NCBI RefSeq assembly: GCF_964213995.1
Contig: NW_027590136.1
Coordinates: 1,302,001-1,366,000 of the forward strand
DNA from: Mustelus asterias
Taxonomy: Eukaryota
DNA: 64,000 nucleotides
Direction of reading: 5' to 3'
Both the position numbers and the translations under genes were made by a program. The first letter of the stretch is position 1. Each line of letters opens with the position of its first letter. Below are positions 48,198-60,087 of the stretch, one piece after another. The notes beneath the pieces are model-generated. The model saw only the letters and a list, made by a program, of their open reading frames with translations, was not told the origin of the DNA and searched no databases.

Positions 48198-48351
48198 GCT
48201 GCTGCAAGCGTCTGTCGCCAGAAGCTCAGCAATGTGCATTGTAAAAGAAGCTGAACTGGCTGAAAAATTCCTCTCCCTATTCCTGCTTTGTGGGAAATTT
48301 AAACAAAAGGTTCTTCAAAAAATCAATCCCCAGCAACGGCAAAGGAGAGCA

Positions 48352-48612
48352 AGGATCGGCCTACATTTGAACTCGGCTGGTTGGATTCAAATGCTCACCA
48401 TTAGACCAGAGAACCCAGAATACAGCAGCCAGCTGCAAATCGTCGCTCAACGCATTCGACCCACTTGCAGTTGCTGCCACATTGAATGAAAGAGGTCGCA
48501 GTCCTTGAGTGACCATTTGCAGCTCGCGGCTGTGTTCCTGGTTCTGTAGCGTGATGTTGAGCACTCTGGTCTCTGAATGCAGTAGTCCGAGTTCAGATCT
48601 CGATGAAGCATT
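48352..48612. pseudogene. Head-to-head pair of tRNA-Gln pseudogenes (48352-48415 minus, 48541-48610 plus)
   Basis: atttgaactcgg..gctcaccatt; gagcactctggtctctgaat..ccgagttcagatctcg. Confidence 0.62.
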
Positions 48613-48813
48613 GCAGACATGGGGCGATAGTGCAAATTCCACACAGTCACCCGAAGCCTCACAGAACTAAACCCCCGTCCCTGGCACTGTGAGGCAGCAG
48701 TGCTAACCACTGTGCCACCGTGGCAGAAAACGGTTCCCCTACCGATACCATTCACTGAGTCATCTTCCCAAGTTAAGCAAGAGTTGGTCCGATGAGAATA
48801 CTCATTCCACCGA

Positions 48814-48873
48814 GATTCAAACTCTCATTTTTGTATACACAGTCCAGAATGCTCACCGTTACATCACAGAACC
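48814..48873 (-). pseudogene. tRNA-Gln relic
   Basis: ttccaccgagatt..agtccagaatgctcaccgttacatcacagaacc. Confidence 0.55.
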
Positions 48874-49327
48874 AACAGGACGTCCGTCGAAGGCAGGAGG
48901 CATTTCACCCAGATCTCACACATCTACATTCTTGCTCAATAATAGTCAGGATGCAGTCGAAGGGTTGTTGTTCTTTGACAGCAACTGCACCTTTCTTTCG
49001 ACAGAGCGTTAAAGTGCAGCGAAAAGATGAAAAAGAAAATTGTCTGCACCTGTAAGGGCTTGATTACCTCTAAAGATTCACATTCCAACCATTATCTTGC
49101 AATTGCGTCTCTGTCTGTTTATGTCGTGTTTGTGAATAAAAATACCCCAGTCCAACGCTTGCAAAGGAAATGATTTGCTGTAGATTGGGGGATTATGTCT
49201 TCTGAGCTTCGCTCCTATCAATGGTGGCGAATAACGACACGTTGTTGTCGCACTTGCTGTTGCTGTCACATTGAATGAAATAGGTCAAATTCTTCGAGGG
49301 ACCATTTTGGTGGTCACTCTGTTCTGG

Positions 49328-49399
49328 GATCTGTGATGTGACGCTGAGTACTCTGGACTCGGAATCCAGCGATTCGAGTTCAAATAGCGGCAGAGACTT
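49328..49399 (+). pseudogene. tRNA-Gln pseudogene
   Basis: actctggactcggaatccagcgattcgagttcaaat. Confidence 0.62.
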
Positions 49400-50030
49400 G
49401 CGTTGCTTTGCTTAAGCCGCTGATGGGTTTGCTGTTGGCATTTTATTTAAAATTCTCAGTCAGTGCACATCTAAACACTGAGGAAACTTCAACAAATTCC
49501 ACCGCACTTGCGCCCAATGCACCGAATGACTCTCTTGGCGTCATTGCTTCAGCACCAGAGGACGACTGCTCAAGAATACAAAGCGTTGAGAGGCAGGGGA
49601 GCCACAGTGGGCATGAGGTCCATCCACAGGTGTCAGTCACTCAGTTGTGTCACAAGCTTAGAAAGAGTTTGAATGCGAGAGTCCAGAGTGCTAACAGTTA
49701 CACCATGCAACCGACAGCACACTGACCTCAGACACTAGGCCTTTCTCTCAAATCAGAAACACACACACAAACACACATGCTCAATAACTGCCAATAATTG
49801 TTATTGTATGAAACCAACTTCTCCTTTCTTTCAACTTAGGGGTTAAAGAGTAGCGAAAAGATGAAAAACAAATGCTGGTGTTGCAGGTATCTGACGCCAG
49901 GGGCTCAGCAATGTACATTGTAATAGCTGTTGAACTGGCTGACAAATTGTCCTCTCAATTCGAACTTCGTGAGAAAACTAAACGAAATGTCCTTCAGCAA
50001 ATCAATCATCAGCATTGGCAAACAAAAAGA

Positions 50031-50102
50031 GAGGTTCCAACGAAATGTGAACTCGGGTAGCTGGATTCACAGTCCAGAGTGCTCACCATTACACCACGGA
50101 AC
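50031..50102 (-). pseudogene. tRNA-Gln pseudogene
   Basis: aggttccaacgaaatgtgaactcgggtagctggattcacagtccagagtgctcaccattacaccacggaac. Confidence 0.72.
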
Positions 50103-50283
50103 ACAGCGGGCGACAGCATCTGAAAGTGGTCGTTCAATGCCTGTACCAATTTGAACAGCAGGCAGAAATATCAGCCCCATTCCACAAGCCCGTCAATTAC
50201 CCACATTTCCCTTACCTTTTCCTCCTGTCAAAATGTGTATTCTACCTTCAACTGCAATACATTTCACTGTCGCTCACCACATT

Positions 50284-50431
50284 ATGTGGAGATGCCGGCG
50301 TTGGACTGGGGTGAACACAGTAAGACATTTCCACTCCATCTGACGAAGGAGCAGCGCTCCGAAAGCTAATGGTATTTGCTACCAAATAAACCTGTTGGAC
50401 TTTAACCTGGTGTTGTTAAAACTCTTACTGT
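50284..50431 (+). mobile_element. Solo Penelope pLTR piece with 12-bp TSD GCTCACCACATT
   Basis: TSD at 50272-50283 and 50432-50443; aataaacctgttggactttaacctggtgttg shared with the other pLTRs. Confidence 0.8.
50336..50372 (+). ncRNA. Minimal hammerhead ribozyme, intact core
   Basis: ccau CUGACGA aggagc-agc-gcucc GAAA gcUA augg. Confidence 0.75.
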
Positions 50432-51399
50432 GCTCACCACATTCACAGAGCAATGTTAGCATCGAACTGATGGAAACCTTATTGTGGTAAAAATGCTGAA
50501 CAACATCAGCTTATCACAGCTCTGCCTTCGTCACACCAGTGTGAAAATGTGAACAATTTCATATCGGGACAGAAAGGAAGGATAGTGTGGCTGTGGATAA
50601 TTGGGCGCTGTGTACATTCCTGTAATCAGTATCTGGGAGAATCGGGCAAATGAGATCCTGGTGGCCTCGTGGTTAGGGGTTCGGCACTTTCAGGGTTACA
50701 GACTGCCATCGATATATTAAGATTTAATATTTTTTACAAACAAACCAGCAATACTTCCTGGTCCAAAGCAGCTCTGCCAGAATCAGTGGAGTGAGATTTG
50801 CAGTTTTGTTTCCGAATTGGAAATGTCACGTGGACAACAGGTCAAGAACAAACACAGATAGTGAAGGACATTGATCGGACGCAAAGTGCTGATGATGGAA
50901 ATGGTGATACAAGGCAAATCTGGGTGGTAATTGTCAGGTTGAACCGTTTCCACTGACAGAAATATCATTCATTTCTGGACAAAAACTCGGGCTAAGTGAC
51001 AAGAAAACTTCTCACTGAATTCACCAGTAAACTATTTGTCTTCGACTAATTGCAAGCAGTTTTCATTCAGAAAGCAGGAACAGTGAGATTAACAAAGCGG
51101 GATGGAGAAAGATTCAGTTTGAGCGGTGACATTGCCAGATGAATGGGGAGCTGGAGTTCACCCAGGAAAGCAGCAAAAGTTCAAATATAATGAGAAGCAG
51201 CCAATGTTGCCCTTGTCCATCATTCTTTGTGTCAGTTAATCCATCCTGTGACGCTTTCTATCACAGACCTTCCATTTAATATCTTTACTGAGTGTTTCCC
51301 GTCTTAAATCCCGCAAAAACTCAACAGCTCAATGAATGTTTCGTGAGAAACGAGAATAATTCTGAAATCTGAATCATTTTGAAATAAAACTATTTAGAA

Positions 51400-54300
51400 A
51401 TATTTCTCCCTGGTCTTGAAGCGGGAACTTTCGCGTGTGAGTCAAACATGACAACCACTGCACGACGAGATGCGAATATGTGCACGGTGTCAAAATCGAA
51501 ACGTTTCTTTCCTGTCAGTGCGTCAAAGAAATATCAGCATCCCTTATTTTACAGAAAACATTTGAGGCCGAGGTCAGAGCAAAGGTAAGGTGGCTGTAAT
51601 CTCGAGATTCGGATAATGTTGACCAACGAACGGAAATGATACAGATTTCCCTCACCCTTAATGAGAAAGCTTAATGAACGTTTTTGCTTGGTTTTGAACC
51701 AGGGACTTATCACGTGTCAGGTGAACCTGATAACCACTACACTACAGAAACAGCTGATCTAGCCGATAGCAAATCGGCCTGTCTGCAATGTTCAACTGCG
51801 CTATGGTGCTGCACGTTCAAATGGTTAGACAGAGAGCCCCCCATCTCCTCCGCCCCCCTTCCGCCCCACGCCCCCGCCCTCCACCCCCCCCCCCCCCCCC
51901 CACGCCCCCCATGTTTCAGGAAGATAGCCGTTACTTTCAATCTGATTGCTCAATTTATATTGAACTTCAAACCTTAGAAGCGTTCGTCTGGAAAATATCT
52001 GAGGGAGCAATGATTTCTGCTCATGCATTAATGCATCATACTCATCTTGCTTCGAATAATCTCAACCAATTGTACTCAGTAATAAAAACAATTTACCGCG
52101 GATGCTGGAATCTGAAACCAAAAGAGAAAATGCTGGAAAATCTCGCAAGGTCTGGCAGCATCTGTAAGGAGAAGAAAGAGCTGACGTTTCGTGCCCAGAT
52201 GACATTCGTCAAAGCTCATTTTACAATTGTACTCAGTATGTATTTCATTATCCAATATTTAATATCAGGACGTTATTTAACACATAGATCTTCTTTATGA
52301 TTTGAATATCTCTGAAATTGAATATCATGAATTGCAAACATAACTGACCAACAGAAGGAAGCGAGTCTCCGGGCAATGCAGATCGCAATTTTGACCTTGA
52401 ACATAGTCTGATGTTAAATAAAATCAACTACATTTAAATGGAAGAGATTGAAAAGATATCTGTTAGTTGCACTTGAGCCTTTTAATTATGGGTGTGAAAC
52501 ATTCAGGCGCATAAATTCTGGCCATCTTTAGGAAAGTCCAATAGATCCGCACTGAGTCTCGATTTCCTCATCTGGCTGAGTGATTTTTCCTATTACTTTG
52601 TTATGAAGAACGATTTCAAAAAAAAGCTGTAGGACACGTGCGTCATTTCCTCTAGTTCGCTTGCACTATGTCTTGTGTCTGTCTTTTTGAGCGCACACTG
52701 CTTTTAGACATGTTTCAGATGGTAATTAACTATGTTAGTCTGCACCTATAAACCCATTAAATTCTGTTATAGGCTGAAAGAGATGCTAATATGTGCAGGT
52801 TGTCAAAATTGAAAATTTCCTGTCAGTGCGTCAAAAGAATCAGCATTTCATATTTTGCAGAAAACATTTGGGGCCGAGCTCAGAGCAAAGATAAGATGGC
52901 TGTAACATCGAGATTTGGATCATGTCCAGCAACGATCTGAAATCATACAGACTTCCCTCACCCGACATGGGAAAGCTGATGAATGTTCTGCCCGGTTCTG
53001 AAGCGGTGATCTTTCACGTGTTCGGCCAATGTGATAACCACTACACTATAGAAACAAGAGAATGCGCCACGCCGCCAATTGGCCTGACTACAATGTTGAA
53101 CTACATTGTGTTGCTGCAGGTTGTCATGGTCAAATTGAGGGTCCATGTCACTTAATAGAAGAACAAATCCGATTTTTCAACCTGATGTCTCAACTTATCT
53201 TGAACTTCGTCTGGCAAATGTCTCAGGCGGCAACGAATTCCGCTCAATCATTAATACATCATTCTCATCTCCCGTCAAATAATTTCAAACAGTTATATCA
53301 AATATTTGTAGTTATTCAATATTTAATTTCAGTACGTTTATTTAACACAGATGTCCTCATTCTGAATTGGATACCTCTGAAATATACAACATTTTCTTGC
53401 AAACATGACTGACCAACAAAATAAATAGAGTCACTGCGTAATACACATGCCATGGTGCTTATTTGAGATTGACAACATTCATCCTTTAAAATATACTTGA
53501 ATCCCCGCTATTCTGTTTGTGAAGTATTCTGGCGCCTAAATCACGTTCATCTATCGGAAGTCCAGGAGGTCCGCACTGAATCTCGATTTCCACATGGGTC
53601 TGAGTGGTTTTAGCTATTTCTTTATTGTGAAGAGCAATTTTAAAAACGTGCTTCTGCGAAATGCGCGCCATTTACTCCAATTCAGTTCCAATTTCAATTG
53701 TGTCTCTCTTTATGAGCACACAATACAATTTGATATGTTTCAGATGTTGATTAACTATGTTAGTCTGCACCAAAAACCCATTGAATTCATTTGTGGACTG
53801 CACGAGTTGCGAATATATGAACAAACAATAGAGTTTTTCATTCCCTGCGTCCTAAAATGCATCAGTTCCGATTTTCGTAAATGCATTTGAGGCCGACGTC
53901 AAAGCCCATATAACATGACCATATAAGATTATATCGGATTCGCATGACGTTGAGCAACGAACCTACATCGTGCAGACTCCGCTCACGCTTAACGCGAACG
54001 ATCCAACAGCATTTCTACCCGTTTCGAACTGGGGATTTGTCGTGTGTGAGGCGACCGTGATAACCATTACACTACAGGAACAGCTGACAGTGCTCACTTA
54101 TCGTTTCACTTGTATCTGTCTTTTTGAGCACACACTACGATTAGGTATGTTTCAGATGGTGATTAACTCTGTTAGTCTGCACCTATTAACCCATTAAATT
54201 CTGTTGTAGACTGAACGAAATGCTAATATGCGCATGTTGTCAAAATAGAAACGTTTCTTTCCTGTCAGTGCGTCAAAATATTCAGCATTTATTTTACAGG

Positions 54301-54660
54301 AAGCATTTGAGGCCGACGTCAAGCAAAGATAACATGAATCGAGACTCGGATAATGTTCAGCAACAAACTGAATTAATTCAGATTTCTCTCACCCGACATG
54401 AAACATCTTAATGTTTTCTTCTGCCCGGTTTCGGACCCGGGTCCTTTACAAGCACTGCACTACAGAAACAAATGACAGCACATCGCCCCCAATCGGCCTG
54501 ACTACAATGCTCAACTGCACTGTGTTCGTGCTGGTCGGCATGGTTAGATTCAGAACCCCCCATGCCACTTAATACAAGAAAACACTCGTTACTTTCAACC
54601 TGATGTATCAACTCATCTTGTAATTCCAAATTAAAAAGCGTTCCTCCAGTAAATGCCCAA
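51400..54660 (-). repeat. Tandem array of five tRNA-Val pseudogene units (~51402-51470, 51680-51752, 52984-53055, 54009-54081, 54415-54469)
   Basis: Repeated tgataaccactacactacagaaac plus shared flank cctgtcagtgcgtcaaaa..catttgaggccga. Confidence 0.8.
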
Positions 54661-54663
54661 GGG

Positions 54664-54858
54664 AACTCAATGAGTTAAAGCTCAATTGTTTTAGCTCAAA
54701 GTTCAGAAAATGTTGAGTAATATCCGGCCCCAATGGTGAGAGGTTCATTCCTATCCAGCAGGAGACACCCAATCAGCTCACAGCTCCTTTATCCTATATT
54801 TCACCCAATCAGCTCCGAGTGTCTTCATTCTTCAATTCATGACGTCAGAGAGAGGAGC
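54664..54858 (-). promoter_or_regulatory. Orphan paralog of the TCR V promoter at 20787-20982
   Basis: Colinear: tgagttaaagctc, gttcagaaaatgttgag.aatatccggcc, ccaatcagctc twice, catgacgtcaga. Confidence 0.7.
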
Positions 54859-54997
54859 AGGAACAATTTGAATCTATTCTCAGAACAATGAGCTGAACAG
54901 AAGAACATCAGAGAATAGGGAAGAGGTGTTGCAATGAACCATTTGCTCCTTCATTAGGGCCTGTTCCGTGATTCAGTAAAATCATTGTTGATCTCCC

Positions 54998-56262
54998 TCA
55001 CAGTAAGAAGTCTTGCAACACTAGGTTCAAGTCCAATCAGTTTACGTGGTCGCACGAGCTTTCGGAGTACTGCTCCTTCATCAGGTGAGTGGAGAGTTGG
55101 GTTTAGAAACAGGGCATAGAAAGACACAGACTCAATTGCAAGATAATGGTTGGAATGCGTGTCTTAACAGCGAATCAAGTCTTTACAGGTACAGACAATG
55201 CGAGTGGAGAGGGGGACAATGACAGGTTAAAGCGGTGTGAATTGGCTCACGCCAGGCCAGTTGGTAGGATATTGCAAGACCAGGTCAAATGGTGGGGGTT
55301 ACAAGTCGTGTGACATGACCGCAAGGTCCCGGTTGAGGCCGTTCTCATGTATGGAATTTGGCTATCAGTTTCTGCTCAGCGATTCTGCGTTGTCGTGCGT
55401 CTTGAAGGCCGCCTTGGAGACCGCTTACCCGAAGATCGGTGGTTGAATGCCCTTGACTGCTTAAGTGTTCCCCGACAGGAAGGGAATATTCTTACCGGGT
55501 GATTGTCGAGCGGTGTCCATTCATCTGTTGTCGTAGCGTCTGCATGGTCTCGGCGATGTACCATGCTTCGGGATATCCTTTCCTGCAGCGTATGAGGTAG
55601 ACAACGTTGGCCGAGTTGCATGTGTATGGATCGTCTACCTGGTGGATTCTGTTCTCACGTGTGATGGTGGCATCCGGGTCGATGATCCAACACATCTTAC
55701 AGAGGTTGCCCTGGCAGGGTTGTGTGGTGTCGTGGTCGCTGTTCTCTTGAAGGCTGGGTAGTTTTCTGCGAACAATGGCCTGTTTAAGGTTGCTCTGTTT
55801 TTTGAAGGCAAGTAGTGGGGGCGTGGAGATGGCCTTCGCGTGATATTCGTCTTCATCGATTGTACGCTGAAGGCTCCGAACAAGATGTCATAGCTTCTCC
55901 ACTCCGAAGATGTCTTGGCTTCTGCCCTCTGGGGACGTACTGGAGGAGGAAGGGCACTCTGACGGCCGTGTCCCCTACTTGTCTTCTGAGGAGGTCGGTG
56001 CGTGTTTTTGCTGTGGCGTGTCATAGAAATCATAGAAACCCTACAGTGCGGAAGGAGGCCATTCGGCCCATCCAGTCTGCACCGACCACAATCCCACCCA
56101 GGCCCTACCCCCACATATTTACCCGCTAATCTCTCTAACCTACACATCCCAGGACTCTCAGGGGCAATTTTTTTTTGTCGGAACTGTCGATCGATTAGTC
56201 AAGCGCAATATCCTGTTCTCGCAAGGGCGTCTGTCAAAAACGACACCGCTCAGATTCCGACG
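54998..56262 (-). mobile_element. Penelope element fragment (GIY-YIG + pLTR) with nested SINE piece at ~56023-56175
   Basis: CNSANVVYLIRCRKGYPEAWYIAET; homologous to 292-1084. Confidence 0.88.
55053..55087 (-). ncRNA. Minimal hammerhead ribozyme in Penelope pLTR
   Basis: Minus strand: cac CUGAUGA aggagcaguacucc GAAA gcUC gug. Confidence 0.7.
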
Positions 56263-56315
56263 TTCAACCTGAGCTGTTGGACTTCAGCTCCAAGGACAAA
56301 AACTTGCATCAACTC

Positions 56316-56397
56316 TGGCAGCGGTGGGATTCGAACCCACGCCTCGAGAGAGACTGGAGCCTAAATCCAGCGCCTTAGACCGCTCGGCCACGCTACC
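56316..56397 (-). tRNA. tRNA-Leu(TAG), apparently intact (82 nt)
   Basis: GGTAGCGTGGCCGAGCGGTCTAAGGCGCTGGATTTAGGCTCCAGTCTCTCTCGAGGCGTGGGTTCGAATCCCACCGCTGCCA; intact A/B boxes; T5 terminator about 14 nt downstream. Confidence 0.92.
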
Positions 56398-57431
56398 ACA
56401 CAAGAAAGTGCCCTTATCATGTCGTTCCATTGCATTAATACTGAAATATATCAAAACCCGTGGAGTTGGGATGGGCCCTGACGAAATCGTAACCGAATCA
56501 GATGATCCTGAAATGTGTAGCAAACAAAAATCATCTCCAGTCAGAAACACAATGAGCTGCAGTGAAGGGCCGGCTCCATTTAAACTGTCCTTAACCTCGT
56601 CTGGCTCCCAGAAAGGACAATATGGCTTCCTGTTGAATTTGCTCAGGGTCTTCACTTGAGAAAGGACAGGACACAAGGCGAGACTGGCATTTGTGCCTTC
56701 TGCCGGGAAATAACTGATATTTGTTCTCACGGCTTGGAGGAGAGCAATAAATCTTCATTTCCTGACCTGCAATCAAAACAGCAGTGAAAGTTTCAAATTC
56801 TAACCATCAGACCAACAGGTTGCAGCGTGTTTTGCTATTTGCTTTGCCCACGATCCTTTTGTTATTTTAATTTCCACGCCAGACCACTTGCACCACGAAC
56901 TTCTCCTGCAAAATGGCACCTTCCGTTTCAACACCAGAGAAGTGTTCAGCCAATTACAGGAATAATTCTACGACAGTTATCGCGTCCGCCTCCCACGGTA
57001 TGAAACTGGGCAGATTTTTTTTTCCAAATCATTTTCATTGCAGACTGAGGGAAAAGTTATTTTATTCATATATTTGCACATTTTAATTAGTCTGATGGGT
57101 TTCCCCTGCATTTTCTAATTGCTAAGTCAGGGGCCACTCAATAAAAAGGACAGAAGGTGAGGTTCGGCACAGAAAACAAAGGAGGATGTATTATTTGACA
57201 CAAGGAATGATAGACAAGGCAACATTGAGCTGGTGATGGTGGAACTCGGGTATTCCAATGGTGCAAAGTCATCGTTTTCACGACCATGGACTCGATGGCA
57301 GGTGGCAAATGTGGTAAGAAGCAGAGTATTGTTTTTCAAAAATGAGGAACCTGTCTATTGTGTGACGGAAGAGAAGGAAGAGAATGGCTAAAATGACGAT
57401 GATCCGCTGATTGGGAAAGTCACTGTCAGCT

Positions 57432-57503
57432 TCCCTGCTGGACCAGTGGTTTGGATTTGGCACTTTCATCACTATGGACTGGATTCAATCCCCAGCCAGA
57501 GAG
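57432..57503 (+). pseudogene. tRNA-Glu(TTC) pseudogene
   Basis: tccctgctggaccagtggtttggatttggcactttca..gattcaatcccc. Confidence 0.65.
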
Positions 57504-57792
57504 TAATTCGTTTGTGTTGCTGTGTGAACTCACACCATGAAAAGGAAACCTTCATTGAATGAAACCAGATCTGGCAGCGTCTGTGGAGTGAGAAACAAAG
57601 CTAATCTTGCATCTGGATCTTTCATCAGAGCTGGAAAAGTCAGAAATGTAACAGATGGAAAACAAGTGTTTGGCTATGATTCCAAAATATTGTGAGGGGC
57701 TTAAGGGGCGAAATATTCCATCCAAAATCCCAATTATATTCTAATCCGTTGCAGATATCACTCTGCGCAACAGTTAGCACGTGGCTTCGACT

Positions 57793-57874
57793 GGCAGTGG
57801 GGCCGAATGGTTTTAGTTGCTAAATCAAAGCTTCAATATCTCAAAAGTTGTGGGTTTAAATGCCACCACTGCCA
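57793..57874 (+). pseudogene. tRNA-Leu relic
   Basis: ggcagtggggccgaatgg..gtgggtttaaatgccaccactgcca. Confidence 0.55.
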
Positions 57875-58035
57875 AAATGTGCAGCTTGTTTGTCTGTTCG
57901 GCGTGTGGCATTTTGTAAGGAAGAAAAAAGAGGGATGAAAGGTGCAGCGTGACCTCCTGGGACCGAATGTTCCCTTTTGTTGCTGTCACTATTCAATGAT
58001 TTAATATGAGTAACACTAACACATTGACACCGGTT

Positions 58036-58112
58036 GCAGTGGTGGCCAAGCGGCTCAGGCGGTGGATTTGAAATTGCTGTTTTCTCACGAAGATTTGATC
58101 CTCACCCACTGC
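58036..58112 (+). pseudogene. tRNA-Ser(TGA) relic
   Basis: gcagtggtggccaagcggctcaggcggtggatttgaaat..cactgcg. Confidence 0.5.
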
Positions 58113-59157
58113 GCTGCTCCGCATTCATTCCTTTAGGTGACAGCAGGATTAATTATTCGTTCAATGGAATCAAAATCTTTCAAATATTCCCATCTGTTTT
58201 TCCTGTTTCACTTCCACGTTCCTTCATTTCTGTTCATCAGCGAGAATTCACCAAAACCCCAGCCAGAAATGGAACAAAACTGAACCCAGTTAGTGACATG
58301 TGTTTGTGTCTCGTCACCCCTCTGTGACTCTCGGTGTCGGTGTGTGTTCCTCTGTGCATCAATGTGATTCATTTCCCAGAAGGGATGAACACATCTTTTA
58401 CCATCACAAACTGCGTTCACTTCTTCATATACCTCAATGGCAAATGGTACAGAGAATAACAACATGTTTGAAAGTTGCGAGAAAGATTGACTGATACAGG
58501 ATTTTTTTGACTGGCTATTGCTCATTGACTCAGTGGCCGTGTGTTACACAGCAGAGGATGATTGAAATTTTCACTGATCAACATTTAAACAGACAGTGGA
58601 TTCACTCGGTGTGATGGTGCGTTCCAGTTCTATATCTGCAACTACAGCATCAATTTCTCTCAGTTACTGTGAATCCCATATTTCTAATAGGTTGGAAATA
58701 TACAACAGCATGACCTAATGTATCTCGTTTTATTTGAAATGAATATTCATCGATCGATTTGTATGACAATTTAGCGAATATTAGCAAGACTGGCAAAGTT
58801 TGGACAATATTTCCCTATTGCAGAAGGATACAAAGAATATCTATGTCGGAATATAAGTAGAAACAGAAATAGAGGGAGTCTATTTGGCTCGGGGTGCTCT
58901 CAAACCTCCAAACTTTCAGTTGGCAGCTCACTTTCCTGAACAATTTTCCAACATAAATCCTGCAGCAGTTTAAATTCAAGGCTGCCTGGATCCAATTCAA
59001 TTCGCAGTCTGGACCTTGTGCTAGTTGTTATAACTCACACTTGGCTACTGGTTTGAAAAGAGTCATATTGAATTCGGAAACTTAACTCTCTGTTTTGCTC
59101 GACATTTGTTGCAAGCCCTCCTGAGAACTTCCAGTCCTTTCTGTTTTTATTCTAACA

Positions 59158-59800
59158 TGAATCATAGGAGGAGGAGCAGACCACTCGGTCCATCGAGATT
59201 TCCACCATTCAATACCATCATGGCTGATGTTGGGCTGCAACTTTGTTTTTCCACCAGCTCCCCATATCGCTAAATTCTTCAAGAGATCAGAACCATGTTT
59301 ATCCCAACGTTAAATGTGCTCGATGAGGGGGCATACATAACTGTCAGGTACAGAGAATGCCAAAGATTCTCGCCCTTTGAGTGAAGTAATTGCTCCTTAT
59401 CTTCGCACTAAATGAGCAGCCCCTTATCTGTGCCGCAGTGGGTTAGATTCCTGACCAGCAGAAAAAACAATATCTCAGTCTCCATCCTGTCAAACCTAAT
59501 CAGAACTGTGTAGGTTTAAATAGATCGCCTCTTATTCTTCTATACTCCAGAGAATTTCATCACAGGACAACTCCCTCACCCCAGGGAGCAATCTGGTGAA
59601 ACTTCTCTTTACCGCTTCCAATGCAAGCATATCCCTTTTTAAATGTGACTATCACATCTGCACAGAATATTCAACCTGGTCTCAACAAAACCCAATGCAA
59701 CAGCAGAAACACCTTGTTATTCTTGAACTCCAGTCTGCCGGCAAGAAAGACCAAAATGTAATTTCCCTTCCAATTATCTGCTTCACCTTCATGCATTCCG
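59158..59800 (-). mobile_element. Old degenerate CR1 3' fragment
   Basis: cataggaggaggagcagaccactcggtcc..; ttctatactccagag. Confidence 0.65.
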
Positions 59801-60014
59801 AGTACAAACGCATCTATTCTATTCTTAATATCAATATTTACATTTTTTAGCTCGTCAAGTATGTTCTGCTCTTTCTATTTTTTCACGAATGAGAATATGT
59901 TTTTGTTTTCCAAAGTTGCACCCAATCTGCCCCTCGACCCATAAAAGCACTCTGTTTTGCCTCCCATTCGATCTGCCTTTTCCCGACAGCTCATATTAGC
60001 AAAGTTTTGTCGGC

Positions 60015-60087
60015 AGGCTCCAGTGAGAATTGAACTCGCGACTCCTGGTTTATAAGACCAGTGCTCCAAGCACTGAGCTATGGAGCC
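60015..60087 (-). tRNA. tRNA-Thr body with TAT anticodon (TGT>TAT); probably pseudogene
   Basis: GGCTCCATAGCTCAGTGCTTGGAGCACTGGTCTTATAAACCAGGAGTCGCGAGTTCAATTCTCACTGGAGCCT. Confidence 0.78.

Noticed and set aside
51788-52300. 170-aa proline-rich ORF
   Set aside because: Arises from a poly-C tract and repeat sequence
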